Origin: Strigamia acuminata
Taxonomy: Eukaryota
Length of the DNA: 64,000 bases
Direction: 5' to 3'
Assembly: GCA_949358305.1 (NCBI GenBank)
Contig: OX442314.1
Coordinates: 26,350,001 to 26,414,000, forward strand
Shown here: positions 57,763-64,000 of the stretch, one piece after another
Layout of the letters: every line of letters starts with the position of its first letter
Position numbering within the stretch: the first letter of the stretch is position 1
Made by a program: the position numbers and the translations under genes
The notes under the pieces: generated by a model
What the model was told of the DNA's origin: nothing
The model's database searches: none
Seen by the model: only the letters and a program-made list of their open reading frames with translations

Positions 57763-60389
57763 CCGGGATTTTTAGAGGAGAATTATCTGCCGAAGTACGA
57801 CGTTTGCGGCAACCTGGCCAGACTTGGGAGGATGTAAGACAAGAATTCTCCGATGCCATTGCCGCTCACTGGGGCTGTAGATGTAGAATCTGCGCACGGC
57901 TAACAATAGCCGACCCCGTTTCATGGAACTTGAGATTGGACCCGCCATCACCATTGAGATCCAGAATGCTTTTTTCCTGGCTCTTTCCCACGGAGGAGGA
58001 AGACATTGACTTTCATGGCTTTTTCCGAATCCCACATTCTGAGCGTAACGCTTATTTAGACGCCATCTGGGAGAAATTAAAAGCCCGGAAAGAGGAAACC
58101 ATGCGGAAGCTACAAGAGGAACAAGCGTGGTGGGCTGACCGTCGTAAGCACTACGACTTATCCGAACTTGCCGACTCACAATACGAAATGCACATTTTGG
58201 GATTGGCCGGACACTTCGGCCACGCTCGTGCCCGATTCCGTGACTGGGAACGCCAAAAGGACGCATATCACAACCAAGAGCGCACAGACAAGCGTGAACG
58301 GTCAAGTTCAATGGCGTCAAACGAACCACGTGCCAAGATGACCCGTGGTAATCACCACAATACGGCTTCAAGAGCCGTTGATAATGTTTTGGAAGCCAGA
58401 GTTTCAAGATGGGACACGGCTTGTCGATTTCCTGGAGGAGTGGATCCATACGCCGCTCGCCCGGGAACAAGACCAGATTTGCTTCGTGCCAACGGCCGTC
58501 TTAAGCATCGAGCGGGCCGACAAAACCGTGAAAAGTTAGAGCGCGAACGCCTGGCCCTGATTCCACCACCGCCCAAGAAAGATGAACTGCCTGGTCGATG
58601 GGATCGCGAAGTGGAAGAGCATTCCATGCAAGTCACCCTTCGCAAGAAAGCAGCGTTAGATCAACAGCAAGCTGAATGGGACGCCTGTTTCCAATCGCCC
58701 ACTGCAGAAGAACCAACGATAGGATCCAATGAGACTTTGATGCTAAATACACCAACATCGGTGTCCGCTTTAGAGGAAGGAAGTTCTGCGGAAGTCCGTG
58801 TCGTTGACAGAAGCTACCGAATTTCACCTCCGTCCACGGCCGACAACACGGCCTGCGAATGGAAGAGTCTTCCAATTGTGCAAAACTTGACCGCAAAGCC
58901 TAGTCACCGGCCAATCGAAGGGCCGATCCCCGTTGAGTGTAGAGAATTTACGGATTCGATCAACCCGGACCCAAGCCTTCCAGAACCACGACTTCCAACG
59001 AGAAAGTTCGGGATGGTGTCTCAGGTCCCGAAGAAGGGATTTGATCAAAACTACGAAGCCATGTGGCAAGGATGTTGTGAAGCACCGCTCGAAACTCAGG
59101 AGATTGAGTTGTCTGACATGGATTTGTACCAGATTGCCCAGGTTTCTGAGGGACTGAAAGGTTGTCGTCACGTCGCCGGCTTACTGAATCGAATGGAGCC
59201 GACGGGACCCGACGACCCACGTTTAACTGATTTACAGCGGCAGCTAGTGCCGAGTTATCGGAGAATCCTGTTTCCTGGGGTGTTTGACAGTCCAAGACCA
59301 GGCTTCGCTGCTACAACGTGCCTAAGAACGGCCGCCATGGCCGTCAAACCCCAGTTCCTAGAATGTTGGCGATCCATCCAACTTGACCCACCCACGATGT
59401 GTAGTGAACTAATGCGCCAAGTTGCTGTCGTTGGCGAGAACCCGGCCGCATCGGCCATCCGTCTCCGACGTGAATGGGACATGCGCAAAATCACCTACCA
59501 GCAGGAATTGAAAACGATTCGACCGGCAGGAATGCCGCCAAGAGACCAGACATCCCAAAGAAAGATGCCAGAGGCCACTTACACGCCAACTGCTGCCGCG
59601 ATCGAGAGCTAAGCTACTGCCCAAACCACGACTGACCAGTCCAATGGTCATGTCGCCATGGAGATTGAAAACTTCGACGATCCCAGACCAGGACCAAGTC
59701 GAGGTCGAGCTGCGGCATCAAGTTCAACCACGTTTTTCGCACACGTCGAAAATACCAATTCCGGGGCGTGACCCAAAACTCGGCCGAAACCGCGCGGAGC
59801 TTTGATCCTCCGGCCAGGGGGCCGATCCTGTTATGTAAAACGACCAGACGAATCGTCTGCGGCACCTAGACCGCCGACACCTCCAAGGAGCGTTCATTCG
59901 CCTATTCGTGCACCCACACCATCGCCCGAAAAAGACGATCCAAAGATGCAGATTCAACCGGCGGTAGGAGCTGCCGAAACCAAGAAGCAAGAGAGCAGCC
60001 CAATCTACATTAAGCTGCGAAGGACTTACCCAAGACTTGAGATGCATCCGCATACAAGGATTTTGCTCAAGCACAATGTGGAGCTGTGCCACCACGTGTT
60101 CAATTGGCTCGAGCGGAAGATAAGGAAGAAAAGGCCGTGGATGTTGCATCAACGGCTGATCCGAGCTCGTCGACGCCCGTCCCACCCTCAAGAATTTTTC
60201 GAGATGGCTTTTGGAGATGACGCCTTATCCAGACTTATCCGCAGTGTGTGGATACACGTAAACCCCGGCCTTTCCTCAGGGCCGAATACGGGGCAACCGT
60301 TCATAAATATTAACGAGAGCGGGAATCCCTTGTCCGACGAAACGGACATGATGTCATTAGACTTGCCGTCGCCTAAAACACCCGAGTAG
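57763..60389 (+). pseudogene. Extra sense ORF of the gypsy element, ~875 codons, unknown function
   Basis: One frame runs from the integrase end to TAG 60387-60389 with only two stops (TAA 59610, TGA 59769). No signal peptide or TM segment visible. Confidence 0.7.
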
Positions 60390-60629
60390 GCCGATTGTGG
60401 CCAGAAAACAGACACAAATCCGGTTGTTTCCAAAAAATAAGTCTTTTCTGGAAACGTTTACTTTCATATGTATCATTCTATTCAATAGATTAATCACCAA
60501 TGTTTTCCTTAATGCATGTACTCTCTTTTATATAAAATAAATTCGAACCAGCACTATAGCGAACTTAGAAAGAAATTTTGTCATGTTGTAATTAACTAAG
60601 AAACAAACAAAAAATTGTAAAAGTTAATT

Positions 60630-60638
60630 GGGGGGAAG
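60630..60638 (+). promoter_or_regulatory. Polypurine tract
   Basis: GGGGGGAAG immediately before the 3' LTR. Confidence 0.85.
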
Positions 60639-61819
60639 TGTTGCGATCTCAAATGTTCGCTTCATTTGTGGTGAAATTGTTCTGCCACGTTGCTAAGATA
60701 TTATTTATATTTTAACCATAATTATTAGAATTGTGTTTTTTGCCGTGCACCTGTTGCGCTTTTGGGCAATTGGCCCAGAAGCTGTAACGGCTGCCCTGGT
60801 ATTTTGAGCCCTGGATTGGGGCGTTGCTAAGTCAATCCCCAAATTTTGCACCGTTGCTAGGGCTGAAGCGTGCCTTGGCACACGCCACGCCTGCGCACTG
60901 GCCGTTTTCCGGCCATATCCCGAGCAATAATTCGAATTATTACTCACTCTTTGCATCACACTCATACCGTTCACACCGACACAGCTTTGTTCACTAACCA
61001 AAAACACTGTTTTGTCCGTGATCCGTGAGTCTTGCCAAGTTTCACCTCGATTTGTTTGAACCAACGTTCAAACGAATCACTTTCCGAGCCGCGAAGACGA
61101 CGCACGACGGCCCAAACCACCGTCGTTCCCGCCGCCGCCCGAAGACCAACGCGCCCACGCCGTTGAAGATCGACGCCAGCCAGCCGCCGAGGATTGCAGA
61201 GCCACCGTCGCCGCTCCTCGACCTGTTGACGACGATTCCGATTCAGATTGTAGCGGATCTCCAGTCAGGTTTTAACGATCGGCGGTACCCGCCGTTTGAC
61301 TACTTGTCTTCAACGGAAATCTCCCGTTGCAATCTAGGGTTTAACCTAAGATTTCCCGTATTGTCAGGCTTAACAGCCGGACCACTTTGTGAAGTCTTTT
61401 GGCTTCACGCTTCCTTTCCCACTTCGCAGAGTTTGCGCGGCGTCGAGTCGCCATTTCTGCATTGCTTTTTCCCGCCCGAAGGAGACCCGCGCTGTTTCGA
61501 GCACGTCGCCTTCTACGCCGACGATATTATCCTCATAGAACCCATCTTATTAACCATTTCATCAATCGAATCTGTAATTAACGCACAATAAATTGATTAA
61601 CTGTTTGATTTAAAATAACTAAACTAGCCTTTATTCGAGATCAAATCCCTAGACACCGAGTTAACGGCTAACCCACCCGATAGAAGACCTATAAACGGCA
61701 TTCAACTGCTTTCCACAGGTGAACGCCGGGATCTCTTGCAAATTAGAAAATCCCATAGTGACTAAATATAAATTTAGTGTTGTTGTAAAAATTCAATTGG
61801 AACCGTCAGGAACGCGACA
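60639..61819 (+). repeat. 3' LTR
   Basis: Offset 10519 from the 5' LTR. Confidence 0.97.
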
Positions 61820-62799
61820 AAGTCTTATATTCAAAACTGAAGCAGCCATAAAAAAATACAGCGATGTCTTGACCACTCGTGTATGTTTTCTTTCTGAAAA
61901 CATATAAATAATTCATTACAGAAGCCACACACCTCTTTAAAATACTTCATTAGGGCCATATTCATTGATAGCTTCTGAGTGTCCCATAAATTTGTTAGCG
62001 ACGATAGTGCCTTTGAAGAATTCAGTAAATCAATAAAATGAACATTGCAATGGTCTTTCTTTATCTTTTTTGCATATCTTATCCGTAATGAAGTCAGCTT
62101 TTGGCTATCTCCACAAGCAATTACATCGGGCATGTACAGAGTGCTATTTTCCACAACCGACACAACTATTTTTGTAGGTTCACTGAAGTACAGTTGTACT
62201 TTCATCACCGCCACAGTAGTTGCAATTACAGTGCTTGCAACTTGTGACGGTTACACTGTCATGCACTTTGTTAGTATAGGACGATTACTTCACCAATAGA
62301 TGGCGCTGATGCGTTTTAGCGGTAAATTCAAATTTCGACAATTTTTGAGTGAATAAAATATAAATTACTATTTATATTTTATTCCACTGCAACTTTAGAC
62401 ACTTTTAAATACTTTTGGATGTTCAAATGCTAGTTGATTTATTTGTCACATAATTCTATTGAATTATGTGCAAACTCTACACCTGGTGAAGTCACCCCCC
62501 ATCACCCACTGTGAGTTGGACTCCTTTTGGATTATAGTCAAAGGGACTTAATCCAAAATGTGTCCTGCGTATCCAGTTCCTGTTTTGGACCTAGTAGAAG
62601 ACTATGTCCTGAGTATCCACTTCCTATGACCTAGGATTGGATGGATTTGACTGCCCAGTGATCCCATTGGATCACTGAACAGCTATTCTCCTCACCGAGT
62701 ATATATCCCCCTGCAAAACGGATATAGCTCGCTCTTGTTCTGTTTTTGTTTGATACTGATATTACTTGAGCACATATTATACTTCTCTGCGTTCCGACA

Positions 62800-63095
62800 A
62801 TCCGTTGTAGAAATACTTTGTATTTAGTGTAAGTATCTAGAGTGGGTAGAAGACTCACAGACACACTGCCCGCCTCTTCATGCCAACATTCCGTTGTAGA
62901 AATGTTGTAACTAGAGTGAGTAATTCACAGACACATTTAAGTGTAGTATCTAGAGTGGGGTACAACCCACAGACGCACTCCCTCCAGCTTCATGCCAACA
63001 TTCCGTTGTAGAGTGCAGAATCTAGAGTGGAGTAAAATTCACAGACGCATTGGTAATGTAGAATCTAGAGTGGAGTATTTATATTTCACAGACGC
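62800..63095 (+). repeat. Degenerate minisatellite
   Basis: Recurring TCTAGAGTGG..CACAGACRC and CATTCCGTTGTAGA blocks. Confidence 0.65.
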
Positions 63096-64000
63096 ATTAT
63101 CAGAGTAATCGACGCGGAGTAATTTCCCGGTTACTCTCCCGCCAGCCAGGACCGAGTGGAGTAATTTCCCGGCGATGGATAACCTTTCCTGCGAGATATT
63201 TCGATTCAATTCGTTATTGGTTTGACGGAACATTTAAGTCTAACTTAGATGTTGATTGCACTCGGGGCAAAAAATAGCTCGGCGCTATTTTAATATATTT
63301 TACTTATTTTCATAGTTTTAGTTAAGTTTGTGACTCTAAAATATCATGATTAATTCCATAGAATTAATATGAATATTTATTCTCACATTGTTACATCTCG
63401 CGGTAATTATTGATTACAACAATTATCTGCGATGCGATGTGTGTGACGATACAGAAAAGTCAACCGCACCTCTCGGATATAACCCACCCAGCCTAACCAT
63501 TTACACGCCTTTTAGAACCAAACCCCGGACCATTTAGAAGCCAAAGCCATTCATAGATGACATCTTTTACGTCACAGCAATAAGACCGTTACAAATTCTT
63601 ATTGCATGACTGAAGCCTTCAAATGATATTATTTCAGGGCTTTTGCCAAACAACTGTATAGTTTAACTTCTCGTCATTTTAGCCACTTGTAGGCATAGTA
63701 TTTATATAAGGTTCAAACCGGAATAAATGTTATATGTTTTGAGAAAACATCAGGTTTGCATATTTTACATTTTCACACAGATAGTTCACACTTTAGTTTA
63801 GCAATTGCTATCTCCAGAAGGTAATCGTCACACGTGGAGGTTCTACCGAGATAGGTTGCATTTTATCGAAGTGAACTCTGTGATCAAAGTGTAAATTGAA
63901 AAATGAATTTTCTTGATTATTTTATATAGATATTATAATTAGAAAATTTCCGATTTTTCTCTATAGATTTACTGTGAAATATCCATTTGTTTTCAAAAAA

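Larger units (their letters stand above)
50120..61819 (+). mobile_element. 11.7-kb Ty3/gypsy LTR retrotransposon, defective copy with an extra ORF
   Basis: 1181-bp TG..CA LTRs, TSD AAGT (50116-50119 / 61820-61823), tRNA-Pro PBS, PPT, gag then pol in PR-RT-RH-IN order. Confidence 0.97.
48305..62250 (-). pseudogene. DEG/ENaC-like channel pseudogene interrupted by a gypsy element and a MITE
   Basis: Post-TM1 LYFSEPTKIVV..MPDVIAC (62214-62100), HSGTCLEI (~49830), Cys-rich C..C...C exon (49062-48863), CHCQPSC and TM2 LFCDVGNGFGLMLGLSLFAIPEI (48742-48305). Apparent frameshifts near 61850-61900, 49590 and 49020. Confidence 0.8.

Noticed and set aside
56262..59612. A genuine 1116-aa integrase fusion protein
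   Set aside because: It starts at a frameshift lesion inside RNase H and probably joins ORF3 through a second lesion near 57650.

Overview
Eukaryotic, AT-rich animal genomic DNA (57-72 nt GT-AG introns, metazoan-type TFIIE-beta and cactin; probably an invertebrate). 1-31774 is non-coding and built from inverted repeats nested at several scales: a palindrome of at least 19.7 kb (paired coordinates sum to 19711) and a second ~9.9 kb inverted copy of its core (sums to 35855). Each core has 1.68-kb tandem units flanking a 2.8-kb CpG-rich hairpin cassette: two arrays of 56-bp stem-loop repeats (7 and 12 copies) around three ~0.5-kb fold-backs. An inward-facing TATA-type promoter candidate sits at both ends of each cassette. 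Its composite motif CACGTTG-N3-TTACGTG recurs at similar spacing upstream of the TATA box of the intronless TFIIE-beta gene at 39771. This is the best candidate for an undescribed system (a possible convergently transcribed hairpin/small-RNA locus), but function is inferred and an assembly artefact must be excluded. The rest holds a young single-ORF Ty3/gypsy element (32232-37678), TFIIE-beta, an unidentified spliced minus-strand gene, intronless cactin cut by a 200-N gap, and two divergent DEG/ENaC-like genes. One of these is a pseudogene hit by a MITE and by an 11.7-kb Ty3/gypsy element (50120-61819) carrying a large extra non-env ORF.
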